Of a DNA stretch of 64,000 nucleotides, positions 29,106-38,028 are shown piece after piece. Each line of letters begins with the position of its first letter. Position 1 is the first letter of the stretch. The stretch is from a virus, in the IMG/VR virus record IMGVR_UViG_3300044639_001193, positions 35,751 through 99,750 of that record. One strand, given 5' to 3'. The position numbers and the translations under genes are program-made. The notes beneath the pieces were generated by a model. That model was not told the DNA's origin and ran no database searches. It saw nothing but the letters and a program-made list of their open reading frames with translations.

Positions 29106-30038
29106 ATGTTTAGGTACAGTGGAAGCAACGCTCAGCCAGTCCTGATTCAAGGGTCTGCAACGTCATACTTCTCTGCTCCAGAGTCTGAGTTAGACCCAAA
29201 GTTATTTGATGGTATGCACCTCAAAGGCTGGGTTCGCAATGGAATTTTGCAATTGTTAATGGGTTTCTTAAATTCTCAGTATAGACACCCAGACCTATGG
29301 TGTCGTGTATGGATTGCAGGTTCTGGAGTCTCATACCAATGGTCAGCAGCACGTGAGCCAGGAGACTTAGACGTCCTTATTGGCGTTAACTACATTCAAT
29401 TCCGTAAAGCACACCCAGAATACGTGGGTCTTACAGATGTTGAAGTAAGCAGAATGCTTAACGAAGATTTCCGCAATCATCTTCAAGAAGAAACCAAAAA
29501 TTGGAACGGATACGAAGTTACATTCTACGTTAATCCTGGCGCAACTGATATTCGTTCCATAAACCCTTATGCAGCATACGACTTAACCAATGATGAGTGG
29601 ACTGTTCATCCTGCACAGCAAACAGCACCAACCAACGCGGTTTGGGAAGAGATGGCAAAGCGTGACTTATCAATGGCAAGTGACATTGTTATGCGCTACA
29701 GCCAAGCAAGTACTGACTTTCAAGGCGCACAAAATGATGCAGCCCGCCGTAATGCTGAGGCAAAGATACACGCATCGTTGATACAAGCATCAGCGTTATT
29801 TGATGATATTCACAGTGCTCGTCGTTTTGCCTTTAAGCCAGATGGTAAAGGTTACGAAGATTACTACAACTATAGATGGCAGGCTGGAAAGAAGTATGGA
29901 ACAGTTCCTGCCTTACGTAAAATGTCTGAGTACTGGTCAGCGTACAAAGCACAACTAGCAGATGAAACTTATGGCATTGACCTGCCAGATACTCAGACCC
30001 TTATTAGGAGAGCGGCAACGTACCGAGCAAAGGGATAA
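29106..30038 (+). CDS. Pol-beta superfamily nucleotidyltransferase
   Basis: IAGS......GDLDVLI and a third acidic residue in YEVTFYV. Confidence 0.75.
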   Translation: MFRYSGSNAQPVLIQGSATSYFSAPESELDPKLFDGMHLKGWVRNGILQLLMGFLNSQYRHPDLWCRVWIAGSGVSYQWSAAREPGDLDVLIGVNYIQFRKAHPEYVGLTDVEVSRMLNEDFRNHLQEETKNWNGYEVTFYVNPGATDIRSINPYAAYDLTNDEWTVHPAQQTAPTNAVWEEMAKRDLSMASDIVMRYSQASTDFQGAQNDAARRNAEAKIHASLIQASALFDDIHSARRFAFKPDGKGYEDYYNYRWQAGKKYGTVPALRKMSEYWSAYKAQLADETYGIDLPDTQTLIRRAATYRAKG

Positions 30039-30527
30039 ATGAATATACTCGTATCACTAGACGGCGTACTAAGTTCGGAATCTGGGGAACCAATCCGTGC
30101 AGGAGTAGCACTTTACTACGCCCTAAATATCAATAACCGTGTAGCACTGATGACCTCTCGTGGTGAAGAAGACGCTAAACAATGGTTACAGAACCACGGC
30201 ATTATTAACTATGACGATTTGATTGATACTTCTTTTGCACTAGAAGGCGAAGACTTAAAGAAGCGCCAGTTCACAACCAGTAGAAGTAGAGCGCCTATTG
30301 AGTTGTATGTAGATAGCGACCCACACATGGTTGCTTGGGTATTCCAAGAACACATGGTGCCAACGGTTCTCTTTACACACCCAGGCTACGTACGAGTTGA
30401 ACACCGTCCAGATGCTCCAAAGAAGGTTAGAGCATGGTCTGAGATTGAAGAATCAATTAACCGTGTTAACAAGGCTAAATCATTAGCAGCACAGGCTCCT
30501 AAAGAACAAAACTTCTTTGGAGACTAA
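30039..30527 (+). CDS. HAD-fold protein with degenerate motif I
   Basis: ILVSLDGVL (DxD changed to SxD), LMTSR, WL..HGI, YVDSDP. Confidence 0.65.
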   Translation: MNILVSLDGVLSSESGEPIRAGVALYYALNINNRVALMTSRGEEDAKQWLQNHGIINYDDLIDTSFALEGEDLKKRQFTTSRSRAPIELYVDSDPHMVAWVFQEHMVPTVLFTHPGYVRVEHRPDAPKKVRAWSEIEESINRVNKAKSLAAQAPKEQNFFGD

Positions 30528-32032
30528 TGCAAGTTATCTTTAGCGGTGTTGAAGTTGGGTCTAACCGCACCCTTTTAGAGGGTATGAAAGTTGAGTCAAT
30601 GGGACTCAACTTTTGGGGGCTACGCAAAAGAGGTTTGCCCAAGAACAAACTTTGGCTTATTAGCGAGCATTTTGACCCTGAGACCAAAGTTTACATTGAG
30701 TCAGGTGCGGCCCAGGCAGATAAAGCAGGGCTATCTAAAGAAGAGTTAATGTCTTTAGCCGTTGAATACCAAGAGTTCCTGGTTAACAACTCAGAGCGTG
30801 CCACAGCGTTTATGGAGTTTGATTCCCTGGTTCTGGGCGAAGATTGGGTCAAAGCCCAGCGTCCGTTCTATGAGTACGACCCTAAGTTTTGGGTGGTCTG
30901 GCATGAAGAATACGGACTACCAGCCCTTAAAGCCATGTCCCAGACCTACACAAACGTAGTCATACCCAACGACGAGATTGAGGCGGTCACAAGCCTCTCA
31001 GCGGTCACCAGAGGCTACCAAAGGCAGTTCGGTACCGCGTACCACGCCCTAGCCTGCGCCAAACCAGACAACCTTAGACAGGTACCATTTAGCACAGCCA
31101 GCACATTGTCATGGCTAAGCCCGATGCGCCGAGGGGAGACAATCGTTTGGGATGGCACCAAACTTAACCGTTATCCAAAGCGTATGAAAGCCCAAGCAAG
31201 ACCTCGCTACAAGTCTGTAGTAGAGAAGGCAGGGCTAGACTATTTAGAGTTTAATAAAGATAGTACCCTAGAAGCGACTAGAGTTGCGGTCTGGTCATAC
31301 CTACAGTTGGAGAAGTCAATGGACAAGAAAACCCCTGATTTACACATCATTGAAGGTGGTAGAAATGCCCAAGTATCTGACAACAGTGATACCCCACTAC
31401 TATCAGGTTTCGCGGAATTTGGGGGGTCACCTTCTGATAACAGCGACCTTGAGATGCGGAAAGTTTCTTCTCCAGAACTGATACAAAGAGATGTAAGTGA
31501 GATACAAAACCTACCTGTTTTCGGCTACAAGATGAAGACTGTAGTGGAAACAGATGATGACGGTAAAGACGTTCTCATGGAAGTGCCAGTGGTTCAGACC
31601 CAGCAATCTTCTTTACGCCAGTGCGATACTTGCTTTGTCGCCGCCAACTGTCCCGCCTTCAAACCTCAAAATACCTGTGCCTTCAACCTTCCTATAGAGG
31701 TAAAGACTAAAGACCAACTGAAGGCATTGATGACTTCAATGATTGAAATGCAGGGTCAAAGAGTTGCTTTTATGCGTTTTGCTGAGGAAATGAACGGTGG
31801 CTACGCAGACCCTAACGTCTCTCAAGAAGTTGACCGTCTTATCAAGATGGTTAAAGAAGTTAATGACATGGCATCAGATAAAGAGTTTGTTCAGATTACC
31901 GCCAGCCGCCAATCATCAGGTGGAGTTCTTTCATCCATCTTTGGTGACCGTGCTCAAGCACTTAGAGAACTGCCAGAAGCCCTGAAGGAAGAGACTGTAA
32001 CTAAGATTATCCAATCGTCTATAGAAGATTGA
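30527..32032 (+). CDS. TGT/DpdA-like TIM-barrel protein fused to a Cys-cluster domain
   Basis: YIESGA, VVWH, YHAL and PFSTASTLSW resemble DSGAF, PVWH, HGLG and PF.S.DSSSW; CDTC.....CP.......C. Confidence 0.45.
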   Translation: MQVIFSGVEVGSNRTLLEGMKVESMGLNFWGLRKRGLPKNKLWLISEHFDPETKVYIESGAAQADKAGLSKEELMSLAVEYQEFLVNNSERATAFMEFDSLVLGEDWVKAQRPFYEYDPKFWVVWHEEYGLPALKAMSQTYTNVVIPNDEIEAVTSLSAVTRGYQRQFGTAYHALACAKPDNLRQVPFSTASTLSWLSPMRRGETIVWDGTKLNRYPKRMKAQARPRYKSVVEKAGLDYLEFNKDSTLEATRVAVWSYLQLEKSMDKKTPDLHIIEGGRNAQVSDNSDTPLLSGFAEFGGSPSDNSDLEMRKVSSPELIQRDVSEIQNLPVFGYKMKTVVETDDDGKDVLMEVPVVQTQQSSLRQCDTCFVAANCPAFKPQNTCAFNLPIEVKTKDQLKALMTSMIEMQGQRVAFMRFAEEMNGGYADPNVSQEVDRLIKMVKEVNDMASDKEFVQITASRQSSGGVLSSIFGDRAQALRELPEALKEETVTKIIQSSIED

Positions 32033-32156
32033 TTATCTGATAATAGCAATTCATAGGTGTTGAACCAGGGTTCACCCTGCCATGAGTATTTTGTTGGTCA
32101 ACAAAGTTAACAAGTGCATGATAGGTTCTCCTACGCAACAATAGGCTCCCCGATAG

Positions 32157-34232
32157 ATGGGGTATTTGAGCAAACATAGAAATGGTGGTATGTCAATGGG
32201 GTTATTCTCATTTGAACTTCAAAAGGAATTCGTAGAGGGATACAAGGACAAGAAGGCTCCGTTTGGGTACAGGGATGCCGCTGGAAACTCAGTGGGCGAA
32301 ATCACTTTCTTGCGTACCTATTCACGTTTGAAGGCAGATGGTACTAAGGAGACTTGGGTAGATGTATGTGAGCGTGTTATCAACGGCATGTATTCCCTAC
32401 AGAAAGACCACGCCAAAAGACAGCGCTTACCTTGGTCTGATGCCAAGGCAGCAGCCTCGGCTAAAGAAGCATTTGACCGTCTCTTCAACTTGAAGTGGAC
32501 TCCACCAGGTCGTGGACTATGGGTAATGGGTACCCCACTAGTAAATGAGCAGCGCAACTCGGCAGCCTTGCAGAACTGTGCTTTTGTTTCAACAGGAGCG
32601 ATGGTCAAGACCGACCCAGCAAAACCGTTTGCCTTCCTCATGGAAGCCTCAATGCTCGGAGTGGGCGTTGGCTTTGATGATAAGGGCGCAGAAAAGGACT
32701 TCACAATATATGAACCAAAAGAAACCTATGAGTATAAAATCCCTGACACCAGAGAAGGATGGGTTGAGTCAGTCTCTGCCCTCATCAATGCCTACCTCAA
32801 ATCAGATACGAAGGCTCCAGTATTTGATTACCAAGAAATCCGCCCAGCAGGTGCGCCAATCAAAACTTTTGGCGGAACCGCAGCAGGACACGAACCTCTC
32901 CTAAGACTCCACAACCACATCACCAAGATGTTTGCTGGTCGTGCAGGTCAGAAGTTAACCAAGATTGACATTGCTGATATTGGCAACATGATTGGTGTCT
33001 GTGTTGTATCAGGGAACGTTCGTCGTTCAGCAGAACTTCTTATTGGTCAGATTGACGACGAGAACTTCTTAAACCTTAAAAACCCAGAGGTATACCCAGA
33101 GCGTAACTCTTACGACCCTGAGAATCCAGGCTGGGCTTGGATGTCTAACAACTCTGTGGAAGCAAAGGTTGGCTCAGACTTTTCAAAGATTATTGACGGC
33201 ATTGTCCGTAACGGCGAACCAGGCGTTGTGTGGATGGATGTATCACGCAAGTATGGTCGTCTTATTGACCCACCTAACAACAAAGATTGGCGAATCGCTG
33301 GCTACAACCCTTGTGCAGAACAGTCACTTGAGTCTTATGAGTGTTGCACACTTGTTGAAACCTATTTGAATCGCCACACAGACCTTGATGACTTCAAAAG
33401 AACATTAAAGTTTGCTTATCTTTATGCCAAGACTGTAACTCTCTTGCCTACTCACTGGGAAGAAACCAATGCAATCATGCAACGCAACCGCCGTATTGGA
33501 ACTTCAATCTCTGGCATTGCGAACTTTGCAGATAACAATGGTTGGACTGTGCTTCGTGATTGGCTTAACAGCGGCTATGAAGTTGTAAAGAAGTATGACG
33601 AGTCTTACTCAGAGTGGCTTGGCATCCGTCAGTCCATAAAGATGACTACGGTCAAACCATCAGGAACAGTTTCAATCTTAGCGGGAGAATCTCCTGGAGT
33701 TCACTGGGCATCAGGCGGTAAGTTCTTTAACAGAGCAATTCGCTTTGCAAACAGTGACCCAATGCTTCCGCTATTTAAGATGGCAAACTACAGAGTAGAA
33801 CCAGCCTCTGAATCTCCAGAAACAACTTCAGTAGTATTCTTTCCAATCCAAACTAATGCTAAGAGAGCGGAAAAAGAAGTCTCAGTTCACGAGAAAGTTT
33901 CTTTAGCAGTGGTTGTGCAGCGATACTGGTCGGATAACTCCGTATCAGTAACAGTTACCTTTGACCCTGAGAAAGAAGCAGAAGCAATCCCCTCTATCTT
34001 GCACATGCACGACGGTCAGTTAAAGACGATTAGTTTCTTGCCTATGGGCAACATGACTTATCCACAAATGCCATATACACAGATTACTCAAGAAGAATAT
34101 GAAGCAGCAACTATGTCTTTGTTCCCGATTGACTTGTCAGGTGTCTACGCTGGTATGGCAAGTGACGCTATTGGTGAGGCTTACTGCACCACGGACGCTT
34201 GTGAAGTTAAGTTGATTAAAGACAATCAGTAA
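32157..34232 (+). CDS. nrdJ: Class II (B12-dependent) ribonucleotide reductase, RTPR type (start probably 32190 or 32196)
   Basis: RTYSR, PPGRGLW, LQNC, GNVRRSAE, NPCAEQ, VKPSGT, C-terminal CTTDAC. Confidence 0.92.
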   Translation: MGYLSKHRNGGMSMGLFSFELQKEFVEGYKDKKAPFGYRDAAGNSVGEITFLRTYSRLKADGTKETWVDVCERVINGMYSLQKDHAKRQRLPWSDAKAAASAKEAFDRLFNLKWTPPGRGLWVMGTPLVNEQRNSAALQNCAFVSTGAMVKTDPAKPFAFLMEASMLGVGVGFDDKGAEKDFTIYEPKETYEYKIPDTREGWVESVSALINAYLKSDTKAPVFDYQEIRPAGAPIKTFGGTAAGHEPLLRLHNHITKMFAGRAGQKLTKIDIADIGNMIGVCVVSGNVRRSAELLIGQIDDENFLNLKNPEVYPERNSYDPENPGWAWMSNNSVEAKVGSDFSKIIDGIVRNGEPGVVWMDVSRKYGRLIDPPNNKDWRIAGYNPCAEQSLESYECCTLVETYLNRHTDLDDFKRTLKFAYLYAKTVTLLPTHWEETNAIMQRNRRIGTSISGIANFADNNGWTVLRDWLNSGYEVVKKYDESYSEWLGIRQSIKMTTVKPSGTVSILAGESPGVHWASGGKFFNRAIRFANSDPMLPLFKMANYRVEPASESPETTSVVFFPIQTNAKRAEKEVSVHEKVSLAVVVQRYWSDNSVSVTVTFDPEKEAEAIPSILHMHDGQLKTISFLPMGNMTYPQMPYTQITQEEYEAATMSLFPIDLSGVYAGMASDAIGEAYCTTDACEVKLIKDNQ

Positions 34233-34241
34233 TTGCTAAAG

Positions 34242-34278
34242 AAGAAAGCCCCTAACCGTAATGGCTAGGGGCTTTCTT
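34242..34278. terminator. Bidirectional intrinsic terminator
   Basis: AAGAAAGCCCCTA...TAGGGGCTTTCTT between convergent genes. Confidence 0.8.
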
Positions 34279-34313
34279 TATGCGCCTGCTTTTGCTATGG
34301 CTTCTTGCTTTGG

Positions 34314-34859
34314 CTACGACTTGTGCTGAGAAGGGAACTTTGCTAACCAACGCTTTACTACGTCAGTATGCAATCCCTTCCATGCGCTCCAGTCTTTACC
34401 ACCATTGCTCATGTGATAAGCAATTTTGGCATTGACCACAGGGTTGAACAGTTCGGCATTTGAAACCAAATTGAACTTATCTCGTCTATCTGACCCCAAT
34501 GAACCAAGCATATTTACTTGGAATAGACCGTAGGAGTTATCCCCAGTCTTACGATTACCGTTGTGCGATAGCGGATTACCATGTGATTCTTTCTTAGCGA
34601 TAGCCCATGCTTCTTTAAGGTCTTGACCTTTGAAACCGACTGCACTGAGCAGTTCAATCAACTGTTTGTCGTTGAGGCTATCGGCGTTCGCATACTTGGC
34701 AAGTGTGCGAACCTGCAATGTTTGTTTAACAGTTATTGCTTCTGCTTTTGTTGGGGCTACGGCTGGCGTTGCTACGCCTACCATAATCCCTGCTACAAGA
34801 GGGGCTAGTGAAATAGTTCCAATAGCCACTTTTAGTTTCTTTGTTAGGTTCATAATCAC
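34314..34859 (-). CDS. Secreted lytic transglycosylase (SLT/lysozyme-like)
   Basis: Signal peptide; AIAKKES.GNP, SYGLFQVN, NAKIAY, DWSAW. Confidence 0.85.
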   Translation of the reverse strand: MIMNLTKKLKVAIGTISLAPLVAGIMVGVATPAVAPTKAEAITVKQTLQVRTLAKYANADSLNDKQLIELLSAVGFKGQDLKEAWAIAKKESHGNPLSHNGNRKTGDNSYGLFQVNMLGSLGSDRRDKFNLVSNAELFNPVVNAKIAYHMSNGGKDWSAWKGLHTDVVKRWLAKFPSQHKS

Positions 34860-36172
34860 TCCAAATAGTCATTAACAACCTCGGCTGCCTTTGACTGCTG
34901 GTGACGGATACGGTGCAGATACCTCTCCGTCGTTGTAATTGACTGGTGACCTAGCCTCTCTTTAACCTCATGCACATCCACCCCGTTCTTTAGCAACTGG
35001 GTAGCGTTTGCGTGTCTAAGGTCGTGAGTGGTGGGATACCAACCAATTCCTGACTGTTCTATGGCTTCGTTCCAAATGGCTCGCCACTTGTCACGGGGTA
35101 GATGACCTTCGCTTTTGCTATCGCTTCTGCTATTGCTTCTGCTATCGCTTTTGCTATGGCTTTCTACTTCTGCCTTCGCTTTGTCCTTCCTATAGTGATT
35201 GCGGTATTCCTTGACCGCTTGTTTGCATTGACTACACCTACAGCCCCCTACATTGTAGGAGTAAGGTGTTCCATGTTGAAATGTTCTGCTTTCAACTTTG
35301 TATTTAGTTGTACCCTTGCTTTCGCTAGGGCTTCCTAGTTTACATGACTTCTCTATAAGGCTCTTTGAGAAGACAAGGCTATCTTTTACTAGTGCTTTGG
35401 CTTTGACAAATGCTTTTACCTCTGCTATGAGGCTCTCGCTCAGCACTACGGTGCGCTTATTGCCGTTTTTTGTGGCGTCCACGACCATGAACCTTCTCCC
35501 CTCGGAACTCCATCTGTACCCTATATCACTTACAGTTCTACGAATATAGACTTCTTTTGAGGCAAAGTTAAAGTCTTTAACCCTGAGTTCTGTTGCTTCT
35601 CCAAAACGGCAGCCAGAACCAATGAGAAATCTGGCAAAAAGAACTGCCCCGTCTGTGGGTAACTTCTTTAGAACCTTGTGAAAGTCTTTAGGCTCTAGCG
35701 TGTAGGTTGGGTCGGGCTTGGGTACTTGGACTTTGATACGGTGGGTTGGGTTGGTTGGGATTACCTCATCATCAACGGCTAGTCTGAATAGATAACCTAG
35801 TGCCGTTTTGAGGTGGGAGATAGTGCTTTGGCTAACCCCTTGTGATTGCAGGGTTTCCAGCAGGGTCTTTATGTCTTTCTTTTGTATTGACGATATGCGC
35901 TTAGTACCTAAAGAGGGTTGGGCATACTTCTTTAGCAGGGTGATATATGTCTTGCGTGTGATAACCCGTAGGTCATTTCGCTTCGTAAGTTGTTCAAGGT
36001 AAGTGTTAAAGGTTTGTTGAAATTCGGGCAGAGTTTGGAACTCTCCTGCTTCGGCTAGTAACGCCGATTGAAGTGCCTTAGCCCTAGAGTTGAAAGTGCC
36101 TACTGACTTTGCTTTGCCGTCTATGCGGTAGTAGGCGGTATATCTTTTGTTGCGTTCAATGACATAAGCCAT
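34856..36172 (-). CDS. int: Tyrosine recombinase/integrase with a Zn-finger insertion
   Basis: GCRFGEA, TKNG, HDLRH, LGH, TERY; internal HGTPYSY..GGCRCSQC. Confidence 0.92.
   Translation of the reverse strand: MAYVIERNKRYTAYYRIDGKAKSVGTFNSRAKALQSALLAEAGEFQTLPEFQQTFNTYLEQLTKRNDLRVITRKTYITLLKKYAQPSLGTKRISSIQKKDIKTLLETLQSQGVSQSTISHLKTALGYLFRLAVDDEVIPTNPTHRIKVQVPKPDPTYTLEPKDFHKVLKKLPTDGAVLFARFLIGSGCRFGEATELRVKDFNFASKEVYIRRTVSDIGYRWSSEGRRFMVVDATKNGNKRTVVLSESLIAEVKAFVKAKALVKDSLVFSKSLIEKSCKLGSPSESKGTTKYKVESRTFQHGTPYSYNVGGCRCSQCKQAVKEYRNHYRKDKAKAEVESHSKSDSRSNSRSDSKSEGHLPRDKWRAIWNEAIEQSGIGWYPTTHDLRHANATQLLKNGVDVHEVKERLGHQSITTTERYLHRIRHQQSKAAEVVNDYLE
35111..35158. repeat. Four 12-bp tandem repeats GCTTYTGCTATN inside the integrase
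   Basis: gcttttgctatc gcttctgctatt gcttctgctatc gcttttgctatg. Confidence 0.85.
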
Positions 36173-36189
36173 TAGTTACCCCCCAGTAA

Positions 36190-36205
36190 TGTGATGTGGG
36201 TCACA
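36190..36205. promoter_or_regulatory. CRP/GlxR consensus site
   Basis: TGTGA-TGTGGG-TCACA. Confidence 0.65.
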
Positions 36206-36231
36206 CTATCAGACTCGGTACTGGGGGTCAA
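36203..36231 (-). promoter_or_regulatory. SigA-type promoter of the integrase-SLT operon
   Basis: TTGACC-N17-TAGTGT with extended -10 TG. Confidence 0.7.
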
Positions 36232-36239
36232 AATAGAAC

Positions 36240-36289
36240 AAAAAAAGGGGGTGAATTGCCTTGCCTTTCGGCTTGGCAATCCACCCCCT
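36240..36289 (-). terminator. Intrinsic terminator after the HNH gene
   Basis: Long GC stem followed by U7 on the minus strand. Confidence 0.75.
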
Positions 36290-36342
36290 AGAGTGCTAAC
36301 TGTTGGTCTAAAGAAGTCTGTCAAACTTCTTTAGTTCTTAAC

Positions 36343-36984
36343 TTACTTGGCGAGAAGATTAACTCGCAATAATGAGTCACCCTTCTTTAGGTTGCATAGT
36401 CCATGAGCAGGTCTAATGTTGCCTAACTTATCGTGACCACCTTTGATTAAAGGAATTAGGTGGTCTAAGTGCAAGCCCATTGTTTTATGCCCTGTGCGAG
36501 GTAGTGATAGGTCAATATCAGTACCGCAAACCCAACACGCTACGCCGTAATGGTCAATAACTTGTTGCAGGTTATATGCGTGGTGACCGACTCCGTATTT
36601 TCTTGCTCGCCTTGCTCGGTCATGATTAGCGTACTTCTCCTTGTTGTGGAGATAGTTAAAGTGGTCACCAACTTTTTTCTTGCGTGGGTGTTTATCTTTC
36701 CACTCCTGACTTCTTTTGCGAGCCTTATCTTGTAAGTCGGGGCGGTTAGCATAACGCTCATTTCTTTGTTCTTTAGTTGGTGTTTTACCAGCGAGAGTTC
36801 TTTTGCTGACACTCTCTCGGTTGATACGGCGATACCACTCAGGGTTCTCTGAACGGTACTGCGCTGTTTTCTTGCGAGTGTATTCTCGCGAGGCTTCAAC
36901 GCATGGTTGGCAAGGCGTTTCTCCTATTGACTTGTGCCGTCTATAAGAGGCGCGAGTACCGCAAGGGCTAAGTTCTTTAGCCAT
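36343..36984 (-). CDS. HNH endonuclease with N-terminal Zn-binding motif
   Basis: CGT..SY.RH....E.PC..C; CWVC, LDHLIPL.KGG.....N..PAH..CN. Confidence 0.85.
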   Translation of the reverse strand: MAKELSPCGTRASYRRHKSIGETPCQPCVEASREYTRKKTAQYRSENPEWYRRINRESVSKRTLAGKTPTKEQRNERYANRPDLQDKARKRSQEWKDKHPRKKKVGDHFNYLHNKEKYANHDRARRARKYGVGHHAYNLQQVIDHYGVACWVCGTDIDLSLPRTGHKTMGLHLDHLIPLIKGGHDKLGNIRPAHGLCNLKKGDSLLRVNLLAK

Positions 36985-37141
36985 TGACTTGCTTCTCTAC
37001 GCAATTAAAGCAGAACCACATAACAACTTCTTTATTGCCTTGTATATCTTTGCCATTGGCTCTAACTCCTTCTTGGTTACAACTATCACATAACCATAGT
37101 TCATCACTAGCAGTTAGTTTTCGTGCAGTTACATATCCCAT
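36977..37141 (-). CDS. Zinc-finger microprotein (54 aa)
   Basis: SDELWLCDSC...WFCFNC. Confidence 0.55.
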   Translation of the reverse strand: MGYVTARKLTASDELWLCDSCNQEGVRANGKDIQGNKEVVMWFCFNCVEKQVNG

Positions 37142-37297
37142 TTAACTTCCCTTCTCTATGATTGCAAGTGCTTCTTGGAACGCCTCTGACTTTGCTTTGT
37201 GGTAACTAATTGTTCCCTGCTTGAACACTCTCCCCATGCGTTCCATTTTTTGGTGGTGTTCTACTCTTTCAAGTAGTTTTCTTTTTAATACTTCCAT
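37142..37297 (-). CDS. Small hypothetical protein (51 aa)
   Basis: MEVLKRKLLERV...; packed between neighbours. Confidence 0.5.
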   Translation of the reverse strand: MEVLKRKLLERVEHHQKMERMGRVFKQGTISYHKAKSEAFQEALAIIEKGS

Positions 37298-37443
37298 TAT
37301 TCTTTATCCTTATCTATAACTTCTTTAACTAAGGCATAAGTGTTAGCGCATAGATAGCAAACCTTCTCTGTTGGTACTCCCAACACAAAAGCGTCTGTTC
37401 CTGACCATACAACTTCTTTTGAGTCGCATACTTTGCAGTTCAT
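37297..37443 (-). CDS. Zinc-finger microprotein (48 aa)
   Basis: MNCKVC...VCYLC. Confidence 0.55.
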   Translation of the reverse strand: MNCKVCDSKEVVWSGTDAFVLGVPTEKVCYLCANTYALVKEVIDKDKE

Positions 37444-37607
37444 TTGTTTCCCTCTTTCTTTTGCATTTGCAAAATCTTTATGACTTTGCGTAGGTCGTTG
37501 TTCTGTCTTACTAATTGACCATACTTTACAATACTTAGTATGATTACAAAACTAGCACCAAGTAGTGCTATGAGTATTGCTATTACATCAGTTAGTAGTA
37601 GTTGCAT
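37440..37607 (-). CDS. Single-pass membrane microprotein (55 aa)
   Basis: MQLLLTDVIAILIALLGASFVIILSIV; AGGAG RBS. Confidence 0.55.
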   Translation of the reverse strand: MQLLLTDVIAILIALLGASFVIILSIVKYGQLVRQNNDLRKVIKILQMQKKEGNK

Positions 37608-37785
37608 TTGTATTTCTCCTTTTGTTTTGGGCTTGGCTTGTTAGGTGGTACTTACTGCATATCGGGCATTTGTAACTTGAACATGGCTTCTTGCGTGACG
37701 ATAGCCAATTTGTTTTCCATATTTTATTTAAGGCTCTCTCTGCACTCGTCTGTGAGTTGAAAGCCTTTTTTTCCTCGCACCGCAT
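37588..37785 (-). CDS. Zn-finger protein
   Basis: C..K..F.....A.......Y.CP.C..YHLTS. Confidence 0.65.
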   Translation of the reverse strand: MRCEEKKAFNSQTSAERALNKIWKTNWLSSRKKPCSSYKCPICSKYHLTSQAQNKRRNTNATTTN

Positions 37786-37788
37786 TGT

Positions 37789-38028
37789 CTATCCTTCCCA
37801 TAGTTGTTGTTCATTTTTGTTGTCTTGTATATCGTTTCGTACTTCATGCTTGCATGAGTTCATTGTTCTATGCTTCTTTGACTTCACTTCATACTCTTTT
37901 GTTTGCTCATTAAGAACACTCCAAAACCAATTATGAAATTCGTCTTTACCTATGAGGTATTTATCGTCATGCGTTAGATAGCAACTCTTTGCTGTCGGGT
38001 GTTTCTTTAGCGATAGATTGAACCTCAT
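37789..38028 (-). CDS. Hypothetical protein ending EQQLWEG
   Basis: AAGGAG RBS. Confidence 0.6.
   Translation of the reverse strand: MRFNLSLKKHPTAKSCYLTHDDKYLIGKDEFHNWFWSVLNEQTKEYEVKSKKHRTMNSCKHEVRNDIQDNKNEQQLWEG

Noticed and set aside
31375-32050. Recurrent TCTGA(T/C)AA(C/T)AG (31376, 31433, 32036)
   Set aside because: Short and degenerate; two copies are explained by an SDNSD peptide repeat; not enough support
32033-32195. Cobalamin riboswitch or NrdR box upstream of nrdJ
   Set aside because: Only short hairpins and a -10; no B12-box or NrdR consensus recognised
9687-34232. Inteins or introns in dnaB, polA, recA and nrdJ
   Set aside because: ORFs are continuous, of normal length, and show no splice motifs
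35102-35338. Plus-strand ORF with FAIASAIASA repeats
   Set aside because: Antisense reading of the 12-bp repeat within the integrase
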